Below, one piece after another: positions 1 to 9,115 of a stretch of 64,000 bases of DNA. The translations under genes and the position numbers were made by a program. Source of the DNA: Treponemataceae bacterium (GTDB lineage: Bacteria; Spirochaetota; Spirochaetia; Treponematales; Rectinemataceae); NCBI GenBank assembly GCA_963678065.2, contig CAXXVZ010000004.1, positions 96,001 to 160,000 on the forward strand, in the 5' to 3' direction. The notes under the pieces are model-generated. The model was not told the DNA's origin and did not search any database. It saw only the letters and a program-made list of their open reading frames with translations. Each line of letters begins with the position of its first letter. Within the stretch, counting starts at the first letter, position 1.

Positions 1-169
1 CGGAGGAAGGCGGGCCTGAGGCGGCGCCTCCTACGGAGGCGATGCCCCTACGGCGGCGGCGCCCCTGCTGTAGCGCCTTTGAGGCCGCCTTTCCTCCACG
101 TTCCCGGCATCAAGGGGGGACGCCCGCCGCCTGCTAGGCATCGGGTGGCCTGACGCCTACTATGGCGGG

Positions 170-886
170 ATGCAGATAATGACCGCCTTCCATCCGATAG
201 AAGAAACCCTCCGCTCCGGCCGCGCCGAAGGGCGCATCCTCGTATCAGGCGCGGGTCCGCGTATAAAATCCATCGTGGCCCTTGCCGCGAAGGCCGGCAT
301 CCCCGTCCGCAAGGCAAGCCCCGATGAGCTGACACGCCTCGCCCCCGACCACCGCGGCGTCGTCTTCGAAAGCACCGCGACATCGTCCCCGACGGAGGTC
401 TTTCTTGAGGACTTCCTGGCGGGGGCCCGGGAACGCGCGCTCGTCATCGTACTCGACCACATCGAAGACCCCCAGAACTATGGCGCCATCATGCGCTCGG
501 CCGACGCGTTCGCCGCCGACCTCGTCGTCGTGCCCAGGCGTCGCGCCGCCCCGCTCTCCGAAGCGGCCTCGCGCGCTTCCGCCGGCGCGGTCGCCCATGT
601 CCCGGTCGCCTCCGTCGTCAACCTCGCCGATGCCCTGCGCCGACTCGCGGAGGCAGGCTTCTGGCTCTACTCCGCCGACATGGACGGCGCGGCCCTCCAC
701 AGCCTGGAGCTCCCCAAAAAATGTGCCATCGTCCTGGGAAACGAAGGAACGGGCGTTTCCCGCCTCCTCGGCGAAATCTGCGACCAGACCGTATCCATAC
801 CCATGTGGGGGCACGTGGATTCGCTCAACGTCTCGGCTTCGGCCGCCATCATCATGTACGAATTCCGCCGCCAGAACCCGCTCTGA
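170..886 (+). CDS. rlmB: 23S rRNA (guanosine-2'-O)-methyltransferase RlmB, SpoU/TrmH family
   Basis: SPOUT motifs LDHIEDPQNYGAIMRSA, IVLGNEGTG, IPMWGHVDSLNVSASAAI plus N-terminal substrate-binding domain. Confidence 0.9.
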   Translation: MQIMTAFHPIEETLRSGRAEGRILVSGAGPRIKSIVALAAKAGIPVRKASPDELTRLAPDHRGVVFESTATSSPTEVFLEDFLAGARERALVIVLDHIEDPQNYGAIMRSADAFAADLVVVPRRRAAPLSEAASRASAGAVAHVPVASVVNLADALRRLAEAGFWLYSADMDGAALHSLELPKKCAIVLGNEGTGVSRLLGEICDQTVSIPMWGHVDSLNVSASAAIIMYEFRRQNPL

Positions 887-894
887 AACAAAAA

Positions 895-945
895 CCGCGG
901 GAGGCGGCGCCCCAGGCTATTTCCTGGCTGCGCCGCCTCCCGCGG
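895..945. terminator. Strong hairpin between convergent rlmB and pyrBI
   Basis: Perfect 16-bp inverted repeat ccgcgggaggcggcgc (895-910) / gcgccgcctcccgcgg (930-945), preceded by an A-run. Confidence 0.7.
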
Positions 946-973
946 CCTTCATCCGCAAACAGGTTTCCCCGCG

Positions 974-2554
974 CTACACGTCCCAGATATCCCTGAAAGC
1001 GTGCTCCTTCTCGCAGTAGCGGCAGACGAAGGTCGAGCCTGACTTGCGCCTGAACTCCGTCGTCGCAGCCTCCATGTGCCCCGGATGAGAGATGCAGTTC
1101 TCGTTCTTGCATGAGACCTCGTCGAAATTGTAGATGCGCGGCGGCATGGCGAGGCGGTATTTGCGCGCCACCTTGCCACCCCGGACGAGGTTGAGCGTGC
1201 AGCCGGGGGCTATCGCGCTCAGCTTCTTGAGATCGCGGCCGCCGAAGCTCGTCACGTCGGGCAGAGAGATGATGCCTTTGTAGGTCTCGGGGCCTGAGTT
1301 GGAGTGGTAGACCCCGTGGCTCGAGCGCACGTTCAGCTTGAGGATCTTCCTGACCGCGTCGATGTAGCTCCAGATTTCCTCGATGGGCTTTCCGGAAGCG
1401 ATGTGGTCGATGACGATGCCTTCCTCGACCGGCTTGATGCCGACCTTGTACTCGGGCTTGCGCTGCTCGGAGATGGGCGCCTCGACGATGAAATCCTCCT
1501 CAGGCTCGTCCGGTTCGTGCAGTTCGCCCTCGAAATCCTGCCCGAGAAGGCCCGAGACCATGCCGAGCTCCACGATGCGCGTCCAGTAGCCGTTGGCCGA
1601 CTGGCTGTCCCAGCCGTTGAGCGGCAGTTCGTCGAGGAAAGTGGGGTTCGTCGGGTTGAGGCGGTCGCGCGGGAGCGGGTGGTAGAAGCGGCAGCCCTCG
1701 GGGAGGGAGCCGAGCATGTCCTTGCGGAAAGTCAAGGATGAGCGCAGGGCCGCGGCCCGCTCGAGGACGGCGTCTCCCATGCGCTCGAGCTGGAGGCGGG
1801 TGAAGTACCAGATGGGCGCGACCGCGCCGGAGGCTATGTACTCGTCGAGGGAATCGTAGCTGTTCACCTCGTAGCCGTTGGCCCGCATCTTCTCCACATA
1901 GTATTTCGGCATGCCGAGAGGGTCGGGAGCGACGAGGTCGACGACGACATTGCGGAATACCTTGAGCCCGTCCGCCTTGGAGTGGACTGTCCGGCCGTGG
2001 TAGAGATCGCCCGTGAGCGCGAGGTGGATGTGATCGTCCTTCCAGCCGAGCTGCTCCATGAAGGAAAACTCGTCCAGGAATTCCTGGGTCGGGTGTTCGT
2101 GCTTGCCGTCGCCCGCGTTGATGAAGGCCGGCTTGGGTCTCCCCACGACCTCGGAATACCTGCCCATGGCGTCATCCAGCCAGCGGCACACGCCTTCGAG
2201 CTTCGAGCGGATGACGAAGCAGGAATCCCCCGCATAGCCGTAGAGCATCTTGATCGTGTCGGTGATCGATTCGTTCTTGTTGAACGACGAGGTCGCAGTG
2301 TCGAACACGTTGGTCCTGCAGCCCGTGAACTTGGCCGCCGCCCGGAAGGACTCGCGCGTGCGCGTGGAATCCTCCATGAAGATGAGGTAGGTCTGGTAAT
2401 CCCTGTCCTCCATCCGGAACCGGGCCGCGTCGCCACCCGAGAGCGCGACCTCCTTGAGCTCCCGCGTTTTCCTGTACAGGTACCGCTGTTCGTCGGCAGA
2501 AAGGTCGTTGACCACGGCGATCGTTCTGCCCTTGAAAGGTCCGTTTCGCGTCAT
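974..2554 (-). CDS. pyrBI: Fused aspartate carbamoyltransferase catalytic + regulatory subunit
   Basis: STRTRESF, HEHPTQ and HPLPR catalytic motifs, followed by a PyrI domain (VIDHI; CKNENC...CRYC zinc site). Confidence 0.92.
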   Translation of the reverse strand: MTRNGPFKGRTIAVVNDLSADEQRYLYRKTRELKEVALSGGDAARFRMEDRDYQTYLIFMEDSTRTRESFRAAAKFTGCRTNVFDTATSSFNKNESITDTIKMLYGYAGDSCFVIRSKLEGVCRWLDDAMGRYSEVVGRPKPAFINAGDGKHEHPTQEFLDEFSFMEQLGWKDDHIHLALTGDLYHGRTVHSKADGLKVFRNVVVDLVAPDPLGMPKYYVEKMRANGYEVNSYDSLDEYIASGAVAPIWYFTRLQLERMGDAVLERAAALRSSLTFRKDMLGSLPEGCRFYHPLPRDRLNPTNPTFLDELPLNGWDSQSANGYWTRIVELGMVSGLLGQDFEGELHEPDEPEEDFIVEAPISEQRKPEYKVGIKPVEEGIVIDHIASGKPIEEIWSYIDAVRKILKLNVRSSHGVYHSNSGPETYKGIISLPDVTSFGGRDLKKLSAIAPGCTLNLVRGGKVARKYRLAMPPRIYNFDEVSCKNENCISHPGHMEAATTEFRRKSGSTFVCRYCEKEHAFRDIWDV

Positions 2555-2563
2555 GCAGGCCTC

Positions 2564-4993
2564 CTATTTCAGATCCCGGAATGCATCCCTGAGGATGTAA
2601 TATGATTCTTTCAGCCTTTCGTGCGAAGTCGGCAGGGCCCAACCTTTCAGGGTCCAGGGCAGCATGCCGATGCTTATGCCGCCCGTCTTGCCGTTCTTCA
2701 GGACGCCCGCCCCGACGCGCCAATCGCCTGAGTCCTGGGCGAGTATCCCTTTCGCGGCGTAGTGGTCGGCCATGATCTTCCTGTTGGCCGGGTCCATGAC
2801 GTTCAGGAGTTGCCAGGGGATGCGGAGTTCGATGACGGAGTCCTTTATGCAGTAGTCGGCTATCGAGTCGTAATTCGGGTTGGCGGGGTTCGAGTTGCCG
2901 AAGCGCAGCTGCCCCGTCTCGTAGCCGGAGAAAGGTATGGTGACCTTGGTTTCCGGCAGCTTCACCTTGCGGCTCAGGGCGAGCAGGATCGGATTGAAAA
3001 CCCCTGAACCCCTGACGTTGTTCGCGGGAATCTTGGGCAGGAATTTCAGCCATTCGGCGTACATGTAGTAGTACGTGTCGTAATAGGCGTCGACCATGAT
3101 ACGGGAGTTGTCCCTGCGGTTGATGCTGATGAGAAAATCGGCGGGATGCGAGAACTTGATGTCGCGCCCCGCGACGGAGGTGTTCCCCTGTCCCGGAATC
3201 GTGTCGAGCGCGACGAGGAGAGTGTCGTGCCCGGCATCGAAGCCGGCTATGTCCGCCATGAAGTAGAAATAGCGCTCATCGCCCTTGGCGAAAATCCTGA
3301 TACCCTTGCCGAGGCCGACGGGAGTATCCTCCTTCCAGTCCGCAGGATCTCCGTCCACCTCGCAGGCCGTCTTGTCCTTCCCAGGATCGAAGGCGAGAAG
3401 GCCGAAATTCTGCTCGTTCGTCTGGTAGTTGCTCCAGAAGGGTCGAGTGTCCGGAACGTCGAGGTCCATGTTGTTCCAGGTTCTCTTGAACCACTCATCC
3501 TGCCAGACGAAGACTATGCCGCCGCAGTACCCTTCCCGGTAGATGTCCCCAAGAAGATGCGAGTCGATCTCACCCTGTTCGGTTTCCGAATGGTTCCCCT
3601 GGTTGTACCCCGAATAGGGAGCCCTGTGCGCCATGCCCCGCGAGGCTGGCACGCCGAACTCCGCGACGAGCACCGGGATCGTGTAATGCGCCATAAGCTC
3701 CCTGAGGTATGCCCGGTAGGTGTTGACGCGCGCGTCCTCGTCGTAGAAGCGGGTATACCGCGTATCGACGTTGATGAAGTCGGGATAATAAGGATAGATG
3801 TGGAAGGACGCGTACCATCCCGAATGAAAGACCGGCGATGCCTTGATGTGTTCGACGTCGAGGGTGCAGATATCCTCCATCTCGTAGGGTTCGTTCGGAT
3901 GCTTCAGGGGATCGGCAGTCGGCCAGTTGTTGACGGCGATCGGCCGCATCATCCTGTACTTGTCGACCTCGTAGGCGACCGTCGCGTCGCAGACCTGGCA
4001 GAGGAAGGCCTCGAAGGGGGAGGCCTTTTCCGTGTAGAGATACTTCCCCTTGTAGCTGTTCCTGTCGGGAAATGCGGCGTCAGTGTCCGAGACGAAGTAG
4101 GGATCCCACTCGATGCCCATGATCCAGCCGATGACCCAGCGCGACACGTCGCTCCTGTAGGTTCCGGAAGCGAATCCGGGTTGGAGCGGCAGGGTTATGT
4201 TGCCGTGGAGGACGTCGACGAGATCCTTCGCGTCCTTGATGAACTGCTTCACCATGATGCCGTCGTCGGCGTAGGCGGTCTTGTGCTTCTGGATAAGCTC
4301 TTCGCTCAGCCACACGCCCTGCATGAGCCACAGGGGCTTCGCGGCCTTGGAATTGTATTCGAGGAGCGCGTCGTAGAACTGCGGCATGAGGGTCGTGTAG
4401 ACCCGGATGACGTCGGCGTTCATGTCGCTGATATACCGGAACCAGCGCAGGTAGTCGGCCTTCGTGACGGCGAGTTCCCCCGGGAAGTGACCGGGTATTC
4501 CCGCTCCGATGTTCACGCCTCTCAGGAAGGTCTTTTTCCAGGTCCCTTCTGAGTAGACCGAGAAGGCCTTCCCCTCCGTCCGCGCGACATAGGAGATGCC
4601 ATCCGAGACGAAGAAGGGACCGTTTCCCGCTCCGGGAGAAGGCGCCCGCGTCGGGACAGATTCTGTCGAAATCGGGGCGGGAGTGGCAGGAACGGTCAGG
4701 GGAGGCGCTGGATTAAGCGGCGGCGCAACGGGCGCGGCAGTCTGGGCGGCGGCCACTGCCGGCAAAGCCGGGACAAGCTGCGCGGCGGGAGCTGCCACAA
4801 CCGGCGCCGGTCCCTGCGCTTTCAGCGTCGTTGCCGTAGTGGGGCCGGGCACGGTGGCCTGCTTCGGCGTCTGACCCGCCTGAGCCTTGCCTGAATCCTG
4901 CCCGACTTGAACGACTCCGGTCTGGCAGGACAGAAGCAACAGGGCGCCCGCGGCGACAAAAACCCTCAGATTCGATGGACAGAATCCTTTCAT
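2564..4993 (-). CDS. Lipoprotein with Pro/Ala linker and glycoside-hydrolase-like TIM-barrel domain
   Basis: Lipobox LLLSC; Pro/Ala-rich linker; LRGVNIG, VIRVYT, NNWPT, HIYPYYPDF, VAEFG and WQDEWFKRTWN motifs typical of a clan GH-A-like uncharacterised family. Confidence 0.65.
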   Translation of the reverse strand: MKGFCPSNLRVFVAAGALLLLSCQTGVVQVGQDSGKAQAGQTPKQATVPGPTTATTLKAQGPAPVVAAPAAQLVPALPAVAAAQTAAPVAPPLNPAPPLTVPATPAPISTESVPTRAPSPGAGNGPFFVSDGISYVARTEGKAFSVYSEGTWKKTFLRGVNIGAGIPGHFPGELAVTKADYLRWFRYISDMNADVIRVYTTLMPQFYDALLEYNSKAAKPLWLMQGVWLSEELIQKHKTAYADDGIMVKQFIKDAKDLVDVLHGNITLPLQPGFASGTYRSDVSRWVIGWIMGIEWDPYFVSDTDAAFPDRNSYKGKYLYTEKASPFEAFLCQVCDATVAYEVDKYRMMRPIAVNNWPTADPLKHPNEPYEMEDICTLDVEHIKASPVFHSGWYASFHIYPYYPDFINVDTRYTRFYDEDARVNTYRAYLRELMAHYTIPVLVAEFGVPASRGMAHRAPYSGYNQGNHSETEQGEIDSHLLGDIYREGYCGGIVFVWQDEWFKRTWNNMDLDVPDTRPFWSNYQTNEQNFGLLAFDPGKDKTACEVDGDPADWKEDTPVGLGKGIRIFAKGDERYFYFMADIAGFDAGHDTLLVALDTIPGQGNTSVAGRDIKFSHPADFLISINRRDNSRIMVDAYYDTYYYMYAEWLKFLPKIPANNVRGSGVFNPILLALSRKVKLPETKVTIPFSGYETGQLRFGNSNPANPNYDSIADYCIKDSVIELRIPWQLLNVMDPANRKIMADHYAAKGILAQDSGDWRVGAGVLKNGKTGGISIGMLPWTLKGWALPTSHERLKESYYILRDAFRDLK

Positions 4994-5077
4994 TCTTGCC
5001 TCCTCGTCCGGATCTCCGGAAACCCTCGCTTCCCGACCTCCCCCGCATGCAGACTCCGCAGTCTGTCAAGACTGAGG

Positions 5078-6271
5078 TCAGCCGCCTTCCGGGGCGGAGC
5101 GGGCAAAGCGGGCGGCGCATTCGATATGTCCCGTCTGGGGATAGAAATCATAGGCTTTCAGCGATGAGAGGGACCATCCGGAAGCCAGAAGGGCCCTTGT
5201 GTCCCTGGCTTGGGTAGCCGGGTCGCAGGAAACATAGAGCAGCTCGGGGGCGTCCACCCCTGCGAGCCAGTGCAGGACTTCGGGAGCCATACCCGTGCGC
5301 GGAGGGTCGGCGACGATCAGATCGAAATGCCCTGTGGCCCGTTTCCCCCTAACCCAGGTCTCGACGGGCTGCGCGTAGAACTCTCCCGCCCCCGCGGGAA
5401 GGTTCCTGCGGGCGCACTCGACCGAGCGGGCTTCGCTCTCGACACAGAGGACCGAGGCGTGCCGGCGCGCGAGGAAGTGCCCGAAAAGTCCGACCCCGCA
5501 ATAGAGGTCGGCGGCCCTGGAACCGGGGGAGGCCTGGCCATCGTCGACAAGGGGGTCATCGCCGGCGACCGTTTCCCCGACGAGGACCGAGAGGGCGCCG
5601 AGGTTGCTCTGGAAAAAACCTTTCAGGGAAAACAGGATCTCATCGCCCGCCACGGGGACTGAGGGCTCGCGATCCCGGCCTTCCACGAAAACATCGTCCG
5701 AGTATCCATACACGATGAACCTGTCGGCGCCACCCGTGAAGGGAAGAAGCTCCCTCTTCGGGTGTTGGCTCCGGGCGCGGGCCTCGAGCCAGCGGTTCAC
5801 CGCCGGGTCGGCTATGGGGCAGGAGGAGAGCGGAACGACATCGCCCGAATCCCTGCGCATGAAGCCGAGCTTTCCCTCCGGAGTCATGTGGACCTGCACG
5901 CGGTTGCGGTATCCGTAGGGACGAGATGCCGCGACGGCGACCTCTCCGGGGTCGAAGCCCGCGATGCGCCTGAAGGCCTCCGACACTATGGAAGACTTCG
6001 CTTTGAGTTGGCGGTCGTATGACATATGCTGGAGATTGCAGCCCCCGCAGATGCCGTAAAGGGGGCAGACAGGCTCGACGCGATCCGGGCTCGGTTCGAG
6101 GACATCGACAATCTCGGCCCTGAGCCAGTCCCTTCCCTCCTCGGATACCAGGGCACTCACCCGCTCTCCGGGAAGGGCGAATGGAACGAATACCGCCCTG
6201 CCTTCCAGGAAGGCGAGCCCCGCGCCTCCGGCGACGATTTTCTCGACGAACAGCTCGGTCATTCTTTCCAT
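5078..6271 (-). CDS. 23S rRNA (uracil-5)-methyltransferase, RlmD/TrmA family, with TRAM domain
   Basis: CPLYGICGGCNLQH Fe-S motif, FFQSN, DLYCGVG, DPPRTG, YVSCDPAT, DFYPQTGHIE; start taken at MERMTEL. Confidence 0.88.
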   Translation of the reverse strand: MERMTELFVEKIVAGGAGLAFLEGRAVFVPFALPGERVSALVSEEGRDWLRAEIVDVLEPSPDRVEPVCPLYGICGGCNLQHMSYDRQLKAKSSIVSEAFRRIAGFDPGEVAVAASRPYGYRNRVQVHMTPEGKLGFMRRDSGDVVPLSSCPIADPAVNRWLEARARSQHPKRELLPFTGGADRFIVYGYSDDVFVEGRDREPSVPVAGDEILFSLKGFFQSNLGALSVLVGETVAGDDPLVDDGQASPGSRAADLYCGVGLFGHFLARRHASVLCVESEARSVECARRNLPAGAGEFYAQPVETWVRGKRATGHFDLIVADPPRTGMAPEVLHWLAGVDAPELLYVSCDPATQARDTRALLASGWSLSSLKAYDFYPQTGHIECAARFARSAPEGG

Positions 6272-6447
6272 TGGATTTTCATCATACCTGCCGGCACCCG
6301 GACCGGCAAGCTCCCTCCCGGAGCATCGCTTAAGTCCAAGGTCCATCCGCGCAAACTTCCGGTTTTCCCCGTTCTGCTGTATACTGGGCCGAGAGAAGGT
6401 GGAGCCGCGCGACAGCGGGTCTCCCGCCTGCCCGAAAAGGAGCACCA

Positions 6448-7470
6448 ATGAAAGCCCTTGTCAAATCGAAGTCGGAACCGGGTCTCTGGATGGAAGACGT
6501 TCCGATGCCCGCCGTCAGCGACAACGATCTCCTCATAAAGGTCCGCAAGACCGCGATCTGCGGCACCGATGTCCATATATGGAAATGGGATGCCTGGGCG
6601 CAGAAGACTATCCGCATCGGCCAGACAGTCGGCCACGAGTTCGTAGGCGAAATCGTCGAGATGGGGCGAGCGGTGACCGGCTACCGGATCGGAGAACGGG
6701 TCTCCGCCGAGGGACACATCGTCTGCGGCGTCTGCAGGGCCTGCCGCGCCGGCAAAAGGCACCTCTGCCCGAATACCCGCGGCGTCGGCGTCAACCGCGA
6801 CGGCTGCTTCGCGGAGTACATCTCTGTGCCATCGTCAAACGCCTGGCATGTCCACGAATCCATTTCCGACGACATCGCGTCCATCTTCGACCCCTACGGC
6901 AACGCGACCCACACGGCTCTCTCCTTCGACATGGTCGGCGAGGACGTCCTCATAACAGGGGCGGGACCCATCGGATGCATGGCCTCGGCGATAGCCCGTC
7001 ACGTCGGCGCGAGGAATGTGGTGGTGACCGATGTCAACGACTACCGTCTCGATCTCGCCCGCAAGCTCGGAGCCACCCGCGCGGTCAATGTGGCCAGGGA
7101 AAGCCTGAAAGAAGTTCAGAAGGAACTCGGCATGGTCGGCGGCTTCGATGTGGGCATGGAGATGTCGGGAAGCCCTCAGGCCTTCGAGCAGATGCTGGAA
7201 AACATGTACAACGGCGGCCGCATAGCCCTCCTCGGTCTCCTGCCCAAGGGAGCCGGCATCGACTGGGAACAGGTCATCTTCAAGGGACTTTTCCTGAAAG
7301 GCATCTATGGTCGCGAGATCTTCGAGACCTGGTACAAGATGCAGACCATGCTCCTCTCCGGCCTCGACATATCGCCCGTCATCACCCACCGCTACGATTT
7401 CGACGATTTTGCCAAGGGATTCGGGGCCATGCTCTCGGGAAGTTCAGGAAAGGTCGTCTTAAGCTTCTGA
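6448..7470 (+). CDS. tdh: L-threonine 3-dehydrogenase
   Basis: [22 protein letters not shown]...[34 protein letters not shown]. Confidence 0.95.
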   Translation: MKALVKSKSEPGLWMEDVPMPAVSDNDLLIKVRKTAICGTDVHIWKWDAWAQKTIRIGQTVGHEFVGEIVEMGRAVTGYRIGERVSAEGHIVCGVCRACRAGKRHLCPNTRGVGVNRDGCFAEYISVPSSNAWHVHESISDDIASIFDPYGNATHTALSFDMVGEDVLITGAGPIGCMASAIARHVGARNVVVTDVNDYRLDLARKLGATRAVNVARESLKEVQKELGMVGGFDVGMEMSGSPQAFEQMLENMYNGGRIALLGLLPKGAGIDWEQVIFKGLFLKGIYGREIFETWYKMQTMLLSGLDISPVITHRYDFDDFAKGFGAMLSGSSGKVVLSF

Positions 7471-7527
7471 GTTCCGGCCTTCAAGTCCGCTGGAAAAATG
7501 CGCGGGTTGCCAGAGCTGCCTCCACAC

Positions 7528-7560
7528 AGCTCTGGTAGCTCTGGTAGCTTTGGCAGCTCG
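7528..7560. repeat. Short 9-bp tandem repeat within a hairpin between convergent genes
   Basis: agctctggt agctctggt agctttggc agctcg; can pair with upstream ttgccagagct. Confidence 0.5.
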
Positions 7561-7569
7561 CGCGGCCTG

Positions 7570-8967
7570 TCAGGAATCCGCGCTCTTCGGTCCCATCCAC
7601 TTGTCAGACAGAAGCCGGGGGATGAAGAAGGCGGAGCGGATGACCCAGTCCACCGCCATCGCGATCCAGATGCCGAGAACGCCGAATCCGAGGGGATGCG
7701 AGAGGAGCCAGCCGAGTCCCACGCGGAAGGTCCACATCGAGAATATCGCCACCCACATCGTGTACCTTCCGTCCCCCGCGCCCCGCAATCCGGACGGGAT
7801 GAGAAATGAGGTCCCCCAGAAGAGTGGACTCACCACGAGGAAGAAGCGCAACAGGGTCGAGGCCAGATCCACGACATCGGAACGGGGAGAAGACAAACCG
7901 ACGAGTAGATGGATGAAAGGAATGCCGGGGATAGCGACGAGGACGAGCGATGCCGCTCCGACGAGGAGCGAGGCCAGGACTATGCGCCGCGCAGCTTTCC
8001 GGTCGCCCGCGCCGAGGCAGCTGCTCACGAGAGGAGCCGCCGCCATGCTGAGGCTGCCGACAGGCACCTGAAGGACTCCCGCCGTCACACTCGCGAGGTA
8101 GTCGGCTGTCATGGCTATCTCGCCGAGCCCGGCGAGGAATGTCTGAGTGATGAGTTTGCCGCCATTGAACATGAGGGATTCCACGGAAGCGGGAATGCCG
8201 ACGATAAAGATAAGTCCCAGAGTGGCCCTGTCCGGTCTGAGATCACCGAGTCTGCGGAGCCGGACGGCCGATGATCCGCCCGCGAGAATGGCGAGGAAGA
8301 TGACGGCTCCCACGGCCCTCGCGCTCGTTATCGCCAGGGCCGCCCCGGCCGCCCCCATCGGCTTCGCCAGCTCGAGGCCCCCCACACTGAATCCGAAAAT
8401 GAAAACCCTTCCAGCGAGCACGTTGGCGACGTTCATGACGATATTGACCACCATCGGCGTGCGCGTATCTCCCGCACCGCGGAGAACCCCGGAAGCGGCG
8501 AGCGTGACTGCGAGGAGGGGATAGCCGAGTGCCGTGATGAAAAGGTAAGTCCTCGCGTTGGCTCGGACAGGAGGAGGGGACATCCCGTAGAGGAGGTCGA
8601 CGACAGGGCGGGCGAACAGCGCCATCACGAGACCGAGGGCGAGGGAGCCGGCGACGCTGACGAGGAGTGCCTGCCCCGCCCCTTTCCGGGCGGATCCAGG
8701 ATCCCCCGCACCGATGTGGCGCGCGACGACGACCGTCCCGCCCAAGGCCAGCGCCGAGAGAATGGAGATGACAATGTTGGTGATGGCGTTCACGAGTCCC
8801 ACCGCCGATGCCACATCGGTTCCGGCGGAACTCGCCATGCCCGCATTGACCATTCCCATCATGGTGATGAAACCTTGCTCCGCCATGAGGGGAAGGACAA
8901 AGGGGAGTATCGTTCCTGTGATATCCTGTCGGAAACCGGAGAGACTGCGCGCGCGAAGCATTTTCAT
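7570..8967 (-). CDS. MATE family efflux transporter
   Basis: About 12 hydrophobic segments, two LRGAGD repeats. Confidence 0.9.
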   Translation of the reverse strand: MKMLRARSLSGFRQDITGTILPFVLPLMAEQGFITMMGMVNAGMASSAGTDVASAVGLVNAITNIVISILSALALGGTVVVARHIGAGDPGSARKGAGQALLVSVAGSLALGLVMALFARPVVDLLYGMSPPPVRANARTYLFITALGYPLLAVTLAASGVLRGAGDTRTPMVVNIVMNVANVLAGRVFIFGFSVGGLELAKPMGAAGAALAITSARAVGAVIFLAILAGGSSAVRLRRLGDLRPDRATLGLIFIVGIPASVESLMFNGGKLITQTFLAGLGEIAMTADYLASVTAGVLQVPVGSLSMAAAPLVSSCLGAGDRKAARRIVLASLLVGAASLVLVAIPGIPFIHLLVGLSSPRSDVVDLASTLLRFFLVVSPLFWGTSFLIPSGLRGAGDGRYTMWVAIFSMWTFRVGLGWLLSHPLGFGVLGIWIAMAVDWVIRSAFFIPRLLSDKWMGPKSADS

Positions 8968-9115
8968 GATCGCGGCAACTATACCGGATACCCCGCATCG
9001 AGGCTACCGTTCGCTATTCCTGACAGTTCAGGCAAAGCTGCCGCAAACAGTGCGGCGGACGGTGCGGGAGGGCCGTATTGTAGATAGACAGGGTGGATGA
9101 TATAGTTGAAACACT

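Noticed and set aside
2..97. Imperfect long inverted repeat at the window start (ggaggaaggcgggcct / aggccgcctttcctcc)
   Set aside because: Cut by the window edge and GC-rich; cannot distinguish an ncRNA or terminator from chance.
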